Source of the DNA: Actinomycetes bacterium
GTDB lineage: Bacteria; Actinomycetota; Acidimicrobiia; Acidimicrobiales; Microtrichaceae
Direction: 5' to 3'
Length of the DNA stretch: 64,000 nucleotides
Assembly (NCBI GenBank): GCA_029782335.1
Contig: JAKOVA010000182.1
Location: 27,221 to 91,220 of the forward strand
The position numbers and the translations under genes are program-made. Position 1 is the stretch's first letter; every line of letters starts with the position of its first letter. Below, piece after piece: positions 1-8,969 of the stretch. Under the pieces are notes generated by a model. The model saw nothing but the letters and a program-made list of their open reading frames with translations, made no database searches and had not been told where the DNA came from.

Positions 1-98
1 CCCTCCACGGCGACTGACCGTAGTCTGGCGGTCCCCGAAGAGTCCGACGCCGGTCGGAACCGACGATCACCGCCGACTGGGGCGGGGAAGGACCGAGT

Positions 99-857
99 GT
101 GCCCACGACCGTGACCACTGCCGACGGCATCGCCGAGATCGTCATGGACCATCCGCCGGTGAACGCGTTGAGCGTCGCCGGCTGGTTCGAGCTCGCAGAA
201 CTGGTCGTCGCTGCAGGGCGCGACCCGCAGGTGGGCGCCGTGGTGCTGCGCGCCGAGGGTCGGGGCTTCAACGCGGGGGTCGACATCAAAGAGATGCAGT
301 CGACCGACGGATTCGACGCTCTCGTCGGTGCGAACCGCGGTTGCTACGCGGCGTTCGCTGCCGTCTACGACTGCGAGGTCCCCGTGATCGCCGCGGTGCA
401 CGGATACTGCCTGGGTGGCGGCATTGGTCTGGTGGGCAACGCGGATGTGATCGTCGCCGCAGAGGGAACCCGGTTCGGCCTTCCTGAGGTGAACCAGGGT
501 GCGCTCGGCGCGGCGACCCACCTGGCGCGCCTGGTGCCGCAGCACCGGATGCGCGAGATGGTGTACACCGCCGAGCCGATCGATGCGTCCGTGTTGGCCG
601 GGTGGGGGTCGGTGTCCAAGGTCGTGCCGCACGACGAGTTGCGTGATGCTGCCTTCGAGATCGCCGCGAAGATCTGCACGAAGAGTCGATCGGTTATCCG
701 TCGGGCGAAGGAGTCGCTCAACGGGATCGACCCGGTCGACGTGAAGCGCAGCTACCGCTTCGAACAGGGCTTCACCTTCGAGCTGAACCTCACCGGCGTG
801 TCCGACGAGGCACGCGACGCGTTCGTCGAGAAGCGAGACGCGAAGTTCAGCAGTTGA
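99..857 (+). CDS. enoyl-CoA hydratase/isomerase (crotonase fold), EchA20-like by context
   Basis: 252-aa ORF with GTG start. Crotonase-type segments present (RAEGRGFNAGVDIKEM, VHGYCLGGGIGL). Strong GC3 bias. Lies in the neighbourhood of ipdAB-type genes. Confidence 0.85.
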   Translation: MPTTVTTADGIAEIVMDHPPVNALSVAGWFELAELVVAAGRDPQVGAVVLRAEGRGFNAGVDIKEMQSTDGFDALVGANRGCYAAFAAVYDCEVPVIAAVHGYCLGGGIGLVGNADVIVAAEGTRFGLPEVNQGALGAATHLARLVPQHRMREMVYTAEPIDASVLAGWGSVSKVVPHDELRDAAFEIAAKICTKSRSVIRRAKESLNGIDPVDVKRSYRFEQGFTFELNLTGVSDEARDAFVEKRDAKFSS

Positions 858-1494
858 GCTTCGCGGCGGACGCCCCTGCCAGGGCGGAGGTCGTGTCTGC
901 GCTGCCGACACGGAAGCCCGCCAGCCGGCAGACGAGCTCGACGGCGCGTGGCAGCGCCAGGTAGCCGGCGGGCGGCTCGGTCGCCGGGGCCGACACGACG
1001 CCGTCGAGCAGCGACAGCGCGAACACGTCGAGTTCAAAGATTTGGTCGGTGAACCACAGCGCCGGTCCGAGCGGTTCGTCGAGGTGGATCCAGCGCAGGA
1101 ACGCCGCGAAACCCATCTTGAATCGCAGATCCACAGCGTCGTCGTCGCTGTCCTCGTCGGCCCGGTCGACGGTCAACCGCGGACCGTCGACCGAGATCCG
1201 GTAGGTCGTCGGGCCGAAGGGATCGTCAGCGACCTCGACGAGAGCGGCGGTGTGCTGACGCTCGTCGAACACCTCGAGATCGCGGCGCAGTTCACCGAGG
1301 GGTGGGTACACGCCGTGAGCGTCACCCGACGACAGGTGCACCACCCAGCGGGGCGGGCCGTCACCGAGGTACTCGGTGACATCTGCTCGTTCCGCACGAC
1401 CATCGACGATCTGGCATCCCGTCGTTGTCCACACCTCGTGGTGGGAGGTGCCACGCGATTCGTCAATGACGTCGAGGACCAGTGGTGTTTTCAT
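847..1494 (-). CDS. hypothetical protein (215 aa), no family recognised
   Basis: ORF 847..1812 trimmed to the internal ATG (MKTPLVLDV...). That ATG overlaps the stop of the upstream gene as ATGA at 1491-1494, suggesting translational coupling. The 3' end overlaps echA convergently by 11 bp. Confidence 0.55.
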   Translation of the reverse strand: MKTPLVLDVIDESRGTSHHEVWTTTGCQIVDGRAERADVTEYLGDGPPRWVVHLSSGDAHGVYPPLGELRRDLEVFDERQHTAALVEVADDPFGPTTYRISVDGPRLTVDRADEDSDDDAVDLRFKMGFAAFLRWIHLDEPLGPALWFTDQIFELDVFALSLLDGVVSAPATEPPAGYLALPRAVELVCRLAGFRVGSADTTSALAGASAAKLNC

Positions 1495-2603
1495 TGCAGA
1501 CTCCGATCGGTGCAGATGTCGATGACCCCGTCGACGAGCTCGCGGCGTGTCTCGGCCGCACGGTGAGGGTCGCCGAGGGTCGATCCGTTCAGGTAAGCGG
1601 CGAGGGCGAGTCCCGATACCGGATCGGCAACCATCACGCAGTTCGCGATCCCGGCGACGTGGCCGACCGCTGCGGCGGAGGCGAGCTCGGAGATGCCGTG
1701 TGCGGCGAGACCCACCTGGGTCATCAGCGTGAACTCGCAGTCGCGCCGCATCGAGCGGTCTGCCCGCGGGCCGGGACGATCGGCCACGAGCTGGGCCACG
1801 GTGTCGGGCCACGGCATTCCCGGGTGGACGTGTCCGCCCAGGATCCGCTCGATCGCTGCGGCGACACGCGCCACGCCGACCATCGAGACGAGACCGCCAA
1901 AGGCCGGCCGCGTCTCGGCGAGTTGGTGATCAACGCGTTCGCTCAGGAGCGGAATGCATCGATCGGGAAGGCCGCCGATCGGGGTCCGCACGCGAGCACG
2001 CACCGCGCCAGAGGTGGCGAGTGACGGGTCGACGATGACGTCCTCGAGGATGCCGAGCGGTCGCAGCAGCTCGTTCTCGATGAACTCGGCCGGGTGCTGT
2101 CCGGTGCTGATGGCGATCAGCGCCTCCACCACGAGTCCGGCAGCCAGTTCGCTGTACGCGGGGCCGGCTTCGTTGGTGATCGTGGTGAGGAACTCGTCGC
2201 GCTGCGCCGGTGGGCAGAGACGCCACTCGAAGGCGAATGGGCGCAACAGACCGGCGTCGTGGCGGAGGACCTCGGCGACGGTGACACCAGCGGGGATCCA
2301 GCTGCGCGCTCCGACGATGTCGGACACGACGGTGTCGGCCTCGACGAGGCCGCGCTCGATGAGCAGCGCTGCGGCGAGGCCCAGCAGGGGCTTGGTGATG
2401 CAGAACCCGCTGTGGAGGTGGGTGGTCGCCATTGGCTCGCCGCCGATGGTGGTGCCCACGGCGAGGTCGACGACGGGTGTGCCGTAGCGGGCGACCGAGA
2501 GTTGGAGGCCGGTCCCGGCGCCCGGACGGGCGAGCAGGTCCTCGGCGAGGTGAAGGAGGTCGGTCTCGAGGCCGACGTCGAGATGTTCCATCGCGGTGTT
2601 CAT
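1491..2603 (-). CDS. beta-lactamase/esterase-fold (serine hydrolase family) protein with variant active-site motifs
   Basis: ORF 1491..2897 trimmed to ATG at 2603 (MNTAMEHL...). The segment FCITKPLLGLAAALLIERGLVEAD aligns to the SxxK helix of class C beta-lactamase/EstB-like proteins. YSELAAGLVVEALIAISTGQ aligns to the YxN region. Confidence 0.7.
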   Translation of the reverse strand: MNTAMEHLDVGLETDLLHLAEDLLARPGAGTGLQLSVARYGTPVVDLAVGTTIGGEPMATTHLHSGFCITKPLLGLAAALLIERGLVEADTVVSDIVGARSWIPAGVTVAEVLRHDAGLLRPFAFEWRLCPPAQRDEFLTTITNEAGPAYSELAAGLVVEALIAISTGQHPAEFIENELLRPLGILEDVIVDPSLATSGAVRARVRTPIGGLPDRCIPLLSERVDHQLAETRPAFGGLVSMVGVARVAAAIERILGGHVHPGMPWPDTVAQLVADRPGPRADRSMRRDCEFTLMTQVGLAAHGISELASAAAVGHVAGIANCVMVADPVSGLALAAYLNGSTLGDPHRAAETRRELVDGVIDICTDRSLQ

Positions 2604-2650
2604 GGCGATTGACCCGGGGGTGCTCCCGGGTGGGAGCACCCCCGATCGGG

Positions 2651-3175
2651 TCACTTCGGGACGGTCCAGCCGATGGTCGCGGTGGCGGTGCAGTACGGAT
2701 CGGGCAGACCGCTGATGTCGGGGATGCCCTCGATGCTGACCTTGCCGCCGTTGCTGACCGTGAAGGCCTTCGGGAAGATCGTGCCGCTGCCGCCGAGCGA
2801 GTCGGGGGAGTTCCAGCTGATCGGGGACTTCACGTTGACGTTGCTCTTCCCGCCTGCTGAACCGGACTTCACCGGCCAACCCGTCTCGCCGGTCCACTTG
2901 ATGTTCGAGAAGTGGTAGTCGATCCGGTTGAAGGTCGCCTTCGTTCCGTTGGACGTCAACGTGCCACGGATGGTCGCGTCGAAGTCGAAGGTGATGTTGC
3001 CGGGAATCCCGCTGTTGAACACGAACTTCGAGCCCGAGCAGCTGAGGTTGCGGCTGATCGGGTTGCTCGCGGCCCGTGCGCCGGTCGCGGCGCCGGCCCC
3101 AGTGGCGAATGCCATGGGTGCGGCTGCGGTCGCCGCGGCGAGGACGCCGGCACCGACTCGTGTGAGCTTGGACAT
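2651..3175 (-). CDS. small secreted protein (174 aa), unknown family
   Basis: ATG at 3175 is preceded by a strong SD (AAGGAGGAG, reverse complement of 3181-3190). N-terminal signal peptide (VLAAATAAAPMAFA). Two Cys residues. Asn/Ser/Lys/Gly-rich mature part. Confidence 0.7.
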   Translation of the reverse strand: MSKLTRVGAGVLAAATAAAPMAFATGAGAATGARAASNPISRNLSCSGSKFVFNSGIPGNITFDFDATIRGTLTSNGTKATFNRIDYHFSNIKWTGETGWPVKSGSAGGKSNVNVKSPISWNSPDSLGGSGTIFPKAFTVSNGGKVSIEGIPDISGLPDPYCTATATIGWTVPK

Positions 3176-3332
3176 GTGAACTCCTCCTTGGTGAATGCCG
3201 TCTGGCGCCTGTACCGAACCAGCGATGAGCCCGGAGGAGAATGGGTATCGATAGCCACTTCGCCGGTGACCGCTCGTGGGTACCATCCCGCGCGCGGGGG
3301 GAAGAGCGACGAACGGTGCGCGCTGTCGACGC

Positions 3333-3953
3333 TCAGCGACAGTGCCCGTCGGCGTAGCGGTTGAGCTCGCCCATCGCGCTCAGCAGGCCGTCGGAGTTCA
3401 GGGAGATCAGCCCGCGCGGCGAGTTGATCGTTGCCGGGTCGTAGCCAACCGCCCGGGCATCGTCGGCAATCGCATCCGCCGAGCGGTCGAGCTGCGCCGC
3501 TGCCTCCGGGAGCTCGTCGCGGACGCCGGTGGCGGTTCGGTGGAGATAGCGGGTGATGACATCGACCGCTCGACGGGCCTCGTCGTGGGTGCCGGGCGCC
3601 GGAAAGTCGCTGAGCCAGCCGGCAAGCTCAATGAGCCGACATCCGTCGGTACCGGCCGCGTTGATCTGGGAGCTCGCCCCGTCGACTGCCTCGTCGAAGC
3701 TCGCAGGCTTGGCGAGCGTGGTCGTCGGACCGGTCGACGGCCGAGCTGTCGGCGACGACGTCGACACGTCTGTCGGGGAGCGGTCGGTGGCCGTCGGGGC
3801 TCGGTCGTTGCTGCACGCAGCGAGTGCCAGGAACCCGACCGTCGCGAGCGCCCAGCGGTGCCGCCGTCGCTGGTGTCGATCGCGGCCGTCCACGACGCCA
3901 AGCCTAGATGTGGTCCATGTGCCGCTTCGCAGCGCCGGAGAGGTTCGACGCAA
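3333..3953 (-). CDS. putative lipoprotein, unknown function
   Basis: Lipobox-like signal RWALATVGFLALAACS followed by a Thr/Pro/Ser-rich linker. Start is uncertain: ATG at 3953 or GTG at 3893. Confidence 0.6.
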   Translation of the reverse strand: MRRTSPALRSGTWTTSRLGVVDGRDRHQRRRHRWALATVGFLALAACSNDRAPTATDRSPTDVSTSSPTARPSTGPTTTLAKPASFDEAVDGASSQINAAGTDGCRLIELAGWLSDFPAPGTHDEARRAVDVITRYLHRTATGVRDELPEAAAQLDRSADAIADDARAVGYDPATINSPRGLISLNSDGLLSAMGELNRYADGHCR

Positions 3954-3980
3954 CCGCCGGAGGCCGTCTACGTTCGGGTA

Positions 3981-3997
3981 TCTGACGGGTCGTCAGA
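3981..3997. promoter_or_regulatory. candidate operator, perfect palindrome TCTGACG-GGT-CGTCAGA
   Basis: 7+7 bp perfect inverted repeat in the divergent region between the lipoprotein gene (-) and ipdA (+). The same half-sites recur at 22947..22965 and 30722..30738. Confidence 0.45.
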
Positions 3998-4061
3998 AAC
4001 CGGCGGACCCGGGTCCGAAACCGATCGACGGGGAGCGACGTTGGCCATCCCAGACAAGCGC

Positions 4062-4913
4062 ATGACCGAGAGCGAGGTAATCGGCGAACTCCGCAGCGGC
4101 ATGACCATCGGCATCGGTGGTTGGGGCTCGCGACGCAAGCCGATGTCGCTGATCCGCGAGCTGCTGCGCTCCGACCTCGAGGACCTCACGATCGTCAGCT
4201 ACGGCGGACCCGACGTCGGGCTGCTGAGTCGTGCGGGGAAGGTTCGCAAAGTGGTGAGCGGGTTCGTCTCGTTGGACTCGATCGCCCTCGAACCCCACTA
4301 TCGGATCGCACGCCAGTCGGGTGCGATCGAGGCGGCCGAATGGGATGAGGGCATGTTGTTGCTCGGCCTGCAAGCCGCCGCGTGGCGGGTGCCGTTCCTG
4401 CCGACCCGTGCCGGCCTCGGCACCGACCTGCCTACCCTCATGCCCGAGCTGCGCACCGTGACCTCGCCGTACCCGAGCCCCGACGGGGTGGCCGACGAAC
4501 CGTTGCTGGCCGTCCCGGCGCTGCACCTCGACGCCGCGCTGATCCACATGCACCGGGCCGATCAAGGCGGCAACGGCCAGTTCCTCAACAGCGACCTGTA
4601 CATGGACGACCTCATGGCGATGGGGGCGGACCGCTGCTACATGAGCTGCGAACAGATCGTTGCGACCGAGGACTTCCCCAAGTTCGGCTCGCATCACACC
4701 CAGCGCATCTCCCGGCTCATGACCGCAGGTGTCGTGGAGCGACGCGGTGGTGCGCACTTCACCGAGTGTCCGCCCGACTACGGCCGCGACGAGGCGTTCC
4801 AGAAGGAGTACGCCGCGACCGCGAAGTCCGACGAGGCGTGGGACGCCTTCCGCGCCAAGTACCTCGACGTTCCCGAAGCGGACTACCAGCGACTCGTGGG
4901 GATCGGATCATGA
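4062..4913 (+). CDS. ipdA: CoA-transferase family subunit A, IpdA-like (steroid ring C/D, COCHEA-CoA hydrolase alpha)
   Basis: ORF 3276..4913 trimmed to ATG at 4062 (MTESEVIGELRSGMTIGIGGWGSRRKPMS...). Sequence is closely reminiscent of mycobacterial IpdA. Its stop overlaps the ipdB start (ATGA at 4910-4913). Confidence 0.8.
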   Translation: MTESEVIGELRSGMTIGIGGWGSRRKPMSLIRELLRSDLEDLTIVSYGGPDVGLLSRAGKVRKVVSGFVSLDSIALEPHYRIARQSGAIEAAEWDEGMLLLGLQAAAWRVPFLPTRAGLGTDLPTLMPELRTVTSPYPSPDGVADEPLLAVPALHLDAALIHMHRADQGGNGQFLNSDLYMDDLMAMGADRCYMSCEQIVATEDFPKFGSHHTQRISRLMTAGVVERRGGAHFTECPPDYGRDEAFQKEYAATAKSDEAWDAFRAKYLDVPEADYQRLVGIGS

Positions 4914-5698
4914 GCAACGAAGCAGTCCTCGAAGACGGTGCCCCGACCCGGGCCGAGATCTGTTGCGTGGCGGTCGCCGAGTGCTTCCGGGGGGACGGCG
5001 AGATCCTCGCCAACCCGATCGGCACCATTCCGATGATCGGTGGACGGCTGGCGCGTGAGAGTTTCGAGCCGCATCTCGTGATGACCGACGGGTTCGCGGG
5101 GTTCGCTGCCAATCCACTTCCCCCCGGAGCGGATCCGGCCGACGCCGTTCTGGAAGCCTGGAACCCGTATCCGCAGATGTTCCAGGTGCTGTGGAACGGA
5201 CGGCGTCACGTGATGATGGGCGGGAGCCAGTTCGACCGGTTCGGCAACCAGAACTTCGTCTGCATCGGCGACTGGCGTCAGCCGCGCTTCCAGCTCCTCG
5301 GGTTCCGCGGAGCCCCGGGCAACACGATCAACCACACCACCAGCTACTGGGTGCCAGCGCACAACGCCAAGACCTTCGTCGAGCGCGTCGATGTCGTGAG
5401 CGGGGTCGGCAACGACCGTGCTGCGGCGCTGCCCGCCGAAGGTGGCCGCTTCCACGAACTGCGTCGCGTGGTCACCAACCTGGCGGTCCTCGACTTCGAG
5501 ACGCCCGATCGCTCGATGCGTCTGCGGTCGTTGCATCCCGGCGTCACCGTCGACGAGGTGGTCGCCGCGACCGGGTTCGAGCTGACGATCCCCGACTCGG
5601 TCCCCGAGTCGCGCCTGCCCACCGACGAGGAACTCCGCCTCATTCGTGAGGTCATCGACCCTGCCGGGCTGCGTTACACCGAAGTGCCGCGGGACTGA
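4910..5698 (+). CDS. ipdB: CoA-transferase family subunit B, IpdB-like
   Basis: ORF 4382..5698 trimmed to ATG at 4910 (MSNEAVLEDGAPTRAEICCVAVAECFRGDGEILANPIG...). Coupled to ipdA and followed by an NMO-family gene, as in the mycobacterial cluster. Confidence 0.8.
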   Translation: MSNEAVLEDGAPTRAEICCVAVAECFRGDGEILANPIGTIPMIGGRLARESFEPHLVMTDGFAGFAANPLPPGADPADAVLEAWNPYPQMFQVLWNGRRHVMMGGSQFDRFGNQNFVCIGDWRQPRFQLLGFRGAPGNTINHTTSYWVPAHNAKTFVERVDVVSGVGNDRAAALPAEGGRFHELRRVVTNLAVLDFETPDRSMRLRSLHPGVTVDEVVAATGFELTIPDSVPESRLPTDEELRLIREVIDPAGLRYTEVPRD

Positions 5699-5700
5699 TC

Positions 5701-6792
5701 GTGACGGATCCACTCGACACTCAGGCGACCCGCCTCTTCGGGGTGCGGTTGCCGGTGGTGCAGACGGGAATGGGCTGGGTGTCGGGCGCGACGCTGACGG
5801 CGGCCACCTCGGAGGCGGGCGGTCTGGGAATCCTCGCCTCGGCCACGATGACGATGCCCGAGTTGGCCGCGGCGATCGTGAAGGTCCGTCGGCGCACCAC
5901 GAACCCCTTCGGGGTCAACCTCCTTCCGGCGGTGCCCGACGCGGCGCAGCGTATCGATCTCATCATCAGCGAGGGAGTGCCGGTGGCGTCCTTCGCCGCC
6001 GCCCCCAAGCCCGATCAGGTGGCGCGGCTTCGCGACGCCGGGGTGACGACGATCGTCACCGTTGGCGCGAAGCGCCACGCCGAGAAGGTTGCGGCGATGG
6101 GGGTCTCCGCGGTCATCGCACAGGGAGGAGAGGGCGGCGGTCACACCGGATCGATCGCCACTTCGTTGCTGCTGCCCCAGGTGATCGACGCCGTCGCCGG
6201 CACCGACGTGGTCGTGTTGGGCGCCGGGGGGTTCTTCGACGGCCGCGGGCTTGCCGCAGCGCTCGCCTACGGAGCGGACGGCATCGCGATGGGCACCAGG
6301 TTCCTGCTCACCCGCGAATCGCAGGTGCCCGAGAACACCAAAGCGATCTACCTCGAAACCCCGCCGACCGGCACCGTCGTCACGAGCGCGATCGACGGTG
6401 CACCCCAGCGGGTGATCCGCACCGAGATGATCGACGCTCTCGAGCGCACCCCGACGGCGTTGCGCTTCCCGCGTGCCGCGATGAACGCCCTGCGGTTCCG
6501 CAAGCTGTCGGGCACGTCGTTCTCCGACCTGCTCAAGACGGGTGCAGCGATGCGACGAGATCAGGAACTCACCTTCGCTCAGCTCGCGATGGCTGCGAAC
6601 GCGCCGATGCTGACGAAGGCGGCGATGGTCGACGGCCACCCCGAAGTCGGGATTCTCCCGACTGGCCAGGCGGTCGGCGCGATCGACGAACTCCCGACCG
6701 TCGAGGAACTGCTGTCGTCGATCGAGGCGGATGCCCGCTCGGCGATCGGCAGGCTCTGCGGTGGCCCGAGCTCCGACGGAGGAAGCGACTGA
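5701..6792 (+). CDS. ipdC: nitronate monooxygenase/2-nitropropane dioxygenase-family enoyl reductase, IpdC-like
   Basis: 363-aa ORF with GTG start 3 nt after the ipdB stop. NMO-type N-terminus (LFGVRLPVVQTGMGWVSGATL...GGLGILA). Position matches the gene that follows ipdAB in mycobacteria. Confidence 0.7.
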   Translation: MTDPLDTQATRLFGVRLPVVQTGMGWVSGATLTAATSEAGGLGILASATMTMPELAAAIVKVRRRTTNPFGVNLLPAVPDAAQRIDLIISEGVPVASFAAAPKPDQVARLRDAGVTTIVTVGAKRHAEKVAAMGVSAVIAQGGEGGGHTGSIATSLLLPQVIDAVAGTDVVVLGAGGFFDGRGLAAALAYGADGIAMGTRFLLTRESQVPENTKAIYLETPPTGTVVTSAIDGAPQRVIRTEMIDALERTPTALRFPRAAMNALRFRKLSGTSFSDLLKTGAAMRRDQELTFAQLAMAANAPMLTKAAMVDGHPEVGILPTGQAVGAIDELPTVEELLSSIEADARSAIGRLCGGPSSDGGSD

Positions 6793-7949
6793 TGGATCTG
6801 ACCTGGTCGGAGCGCGAGGAGGCGTTCCGCGCCGAGTGCCGAACCTGGCTCGAAGCGAACGTCCCCCACGGCCTGCCCTCCGGCGACACCCGCGAGGGGT
6901 TCACGCTCCATCTGGAGTGGGAGCGCACCCTGCATGCCGCCGGGTACGCGGCGGTTTCGTGGCCGAAGGCGTACGGCGGCCGCGACGCATCGCTGTGGGA
7001 GTGGCTGATCTTCGAGGAGGAGTACTACCGGGCGGGTGGGCCGCAGCGGGTCACCCAGAACGGCATCTTCCTGCTGGCGCCGACGATCTTCGAGTTCGGC
7101 ACCGACGCCCAACGCGACTACTACCTGCCGCGCATGTCCGCGGCAGAAGACCTGTGGTGCCAGGGGTGGTCGGAACCGAACGCCGGGTCCGACCTTGCCG
7201 GCATCACCTCGCGGGCGGTGCGCGACGAAGCCGCCGGCGGATGGCGGCTGTCCGGCCAGAAGACGTGGACGACCCGCGGTGCCTTCTGCACCCACCTGTT
7301 CGGGCTGTTCCGCTCTGACGGTGACGCGGAGCGGCACCGTGGTCTCACCTACTTCCTCGTGCCCCTCGACGCGGAGGGCGTGACCGTGCGGGGCTTCGGA
7401 CGCCTCGACGGCGACGAGGGTTTCGCCGAGGTGTTCCTCGACGACGTGTTCGTTCCCGACGGAGACGCCGATCCGGCCCGTGGCGGTGTGCTGGGCGGCG
7501 TCGACCAGGGCTGGGGCGTCGCGATGGCGACGACCACCTCCGAGCGTGGCCTCACGCTGCGTTCGCCCGGCCGATTTCGGGCGACGGCGTCGCGGCTCGT
7601 CGAGCTGTACCGCGCCCGCGGCGGCGACGACCCGCTGCTCGCCGACGAAGTCGTTCGCGCTTGGATCGGCGCCGAGGCGTACGACCTCTACACGCTCGGT
7701 GACGTCACGCAGATCACCTCGGGCGGCTCGCCGGGGGCTCGGTCGAGTCTCAACAAGCTGTTCTGGTCCGAGCTCGACATCGCGTTGCACCGCGCCGCGC
7801 TCAACATCCTGGGCCCCGACGCGGAGATCGACGACGACCCGTTCATGAAGGGCTACCAGTTCGCCCTGTCCGGCCCGATCTACGCCGGCACCAACGAGAT
7901 CCAACGCAACATCGTTGCCGAGCGTGTGCTCGGCCTTCCCCGGAAGTGA
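6792..7949 (+). CDS. acyl-CoA dehydrogenase (FadE31-like alpha-type subunit by context)
   Basis: ORF 5646..7949 trimmed to ATG at 6792, overlapping the ipdC stop (TGATG). ACAD motifs present (WCQGWSEPNAGSDLA, GTNEIQRNIVAERVLGLPR). Confidence 0.85.
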   Translation: MDLTWSEREEAFRAECRTWLEANVPHGLPSGDTREGFTLHLEWERTLHAAGYAAVSWPKAYGGRDASLWEWLIFEEEYYRAGGPQRVTQNGIFLLAPTIFEFGTDAQRDYYLPRMSAAEDLWCQGWSEPNAGSDLAGITSRAVRDEAAGGWRLSGQKTWTTRGAFCTHLFGLFRSDGDAERHRGLTYFLVPLDAEGVTVRGFGRLDGDEGFAEVFLDDVFVPDGDADPARGGVLGGVDQGWGVAMATTTSERGLTLRSPGRFRATASRLVELYRARGGDDPLLADEVVRAWIGAEAYDLYTLGDVTQITSGGSPGARSSLNKLFWSELDIALHRAALNILGPDAEIDDDPFMKGYQFALSGPIYAGTNEIQRNIVAERVLGLPRK

Positions 7950-7955
7950 CCTGAG

Positions 7956-8969
7956 ATGCGCTTCGCTTTCAGCGACGACCAACTCGCGTTCGCCGACGCG
8001 GTCCGCGAGTTGCTCACCAACGAGTGCCCCCCCGAGGTGGTCCGTGCCGCGTGGGATTCGCCCGACGGACGGAACCGCCGGCTGTGGACCCAGCTCGCCG
8101 AGATGGGCGTGGTGGGGATGCTGGCGCCCGAGTCGATCGGCGGGCTCGGCCTTTCCGATATCGACCTGGTGCGCATCCTCGCGGAGGCGGGGTTCGCCGG
8201 GCTGGCTGAGCCGCTCGCTGACGTGGCGGCCGTCGTGGTGCCGGCGTTGCGTGATCACGGCGCCGCCGGACTCAGCGACGAGTTGTTGGCCCGAGTGGTC
8301 GCGGGCGAAGCCACCGTCGGGCTCGGCCTGCGATCCGACGGGTCGACGCTGCACGCCGAAAGCGCCGACGCGTTGTTGCTGGAGGCCGAGGACGGCCTGC
8401 ACCTGGTCGCCACGACCGATGTCGAGCTGTCACCGCTCAACACCGTCGACGGGGCGCGACGGCTGTCACGGGTGGTGTGGAGCCCCTCGGAGGAGACGCT
8501 CCTTGCCGGTGGTCCCTCCGCGGCGGTCGAGGCCCGCGATCGCGCTGCGGTCGCTGCCGCCGCCGAACTGTGTGGTCTCGCGGATCGCATGTTGGCGATC
8601 GCCGTCGAGTACGTGACGGAGCGCAAGCAGTTCGGGGTGCCGATCGGCTCGTTCCAAGCGGTCAAGCACCACCTCGCCAACGCAACGCTCGCTCTCGAGT
8701 TCGCGAAGCCGCTGGTGTGGCGTGCCGCCTACTCGCGCACCATGGGCGACCCGGACGCCTCGCTGCACGCGTCCATGGCCAAGGCGCAGGCGTCCGATGC
8801 AGCGGAGGTCGTCGGCGTCGCGGCGCTGCAGTGCCACGGTGCGATCGGCTACACGGTCGAATGCGACCTGCACGTGTTCCTGAAGCGCGCCTGGGCGTTG
8901 CAACGACGAGCCGGTGACGCGGCGGCGCATCGGCGTCGAGTGGCCGCGGCGGTGCTCCACGCCAACTGA
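7956..8969 (+). CDS. acyl-CoA dehydrogenase family protein (FadE32/33-like partner subunit by context)
   Basis: 337-aa ORF starting 6 nt after the preceding ACAD. ACAD-like C-terminal half (FGVPIGSFQAVKHHLA). Shorter than a canonical ACAD, as expected for heteromeric steroid ACAD partners. Confidence 0.8.
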   Translation: MRFAFSDDQLAFADAVRELLTNECPPEVVRAAWDSPDGRNRRLWTQLAEMGVVGMLAPESIGGLGLSDIDLVRILAEAGFAGLAEPLADVAAVVVPALRDHGAAGLSDELLARVVAGEATVGLGLRSDGSTLHAESADALLLEAEDGLHLVATTDVELSPLNTVDGARRLSRVVWSPSEETLLAGGPSAAVEARDRAAVAAAAELCGLADRMLAIAVEYVTERKQFGVPIGSFQAVKHHLANATLALEFAKPLVWRAAYSRTMGDPDASLHASMAKAQASDAAEVVGVAALQCHGAIGYTVECDLHVFLKRAWALQRRAGDAAAHRRRVAAAVLHAN

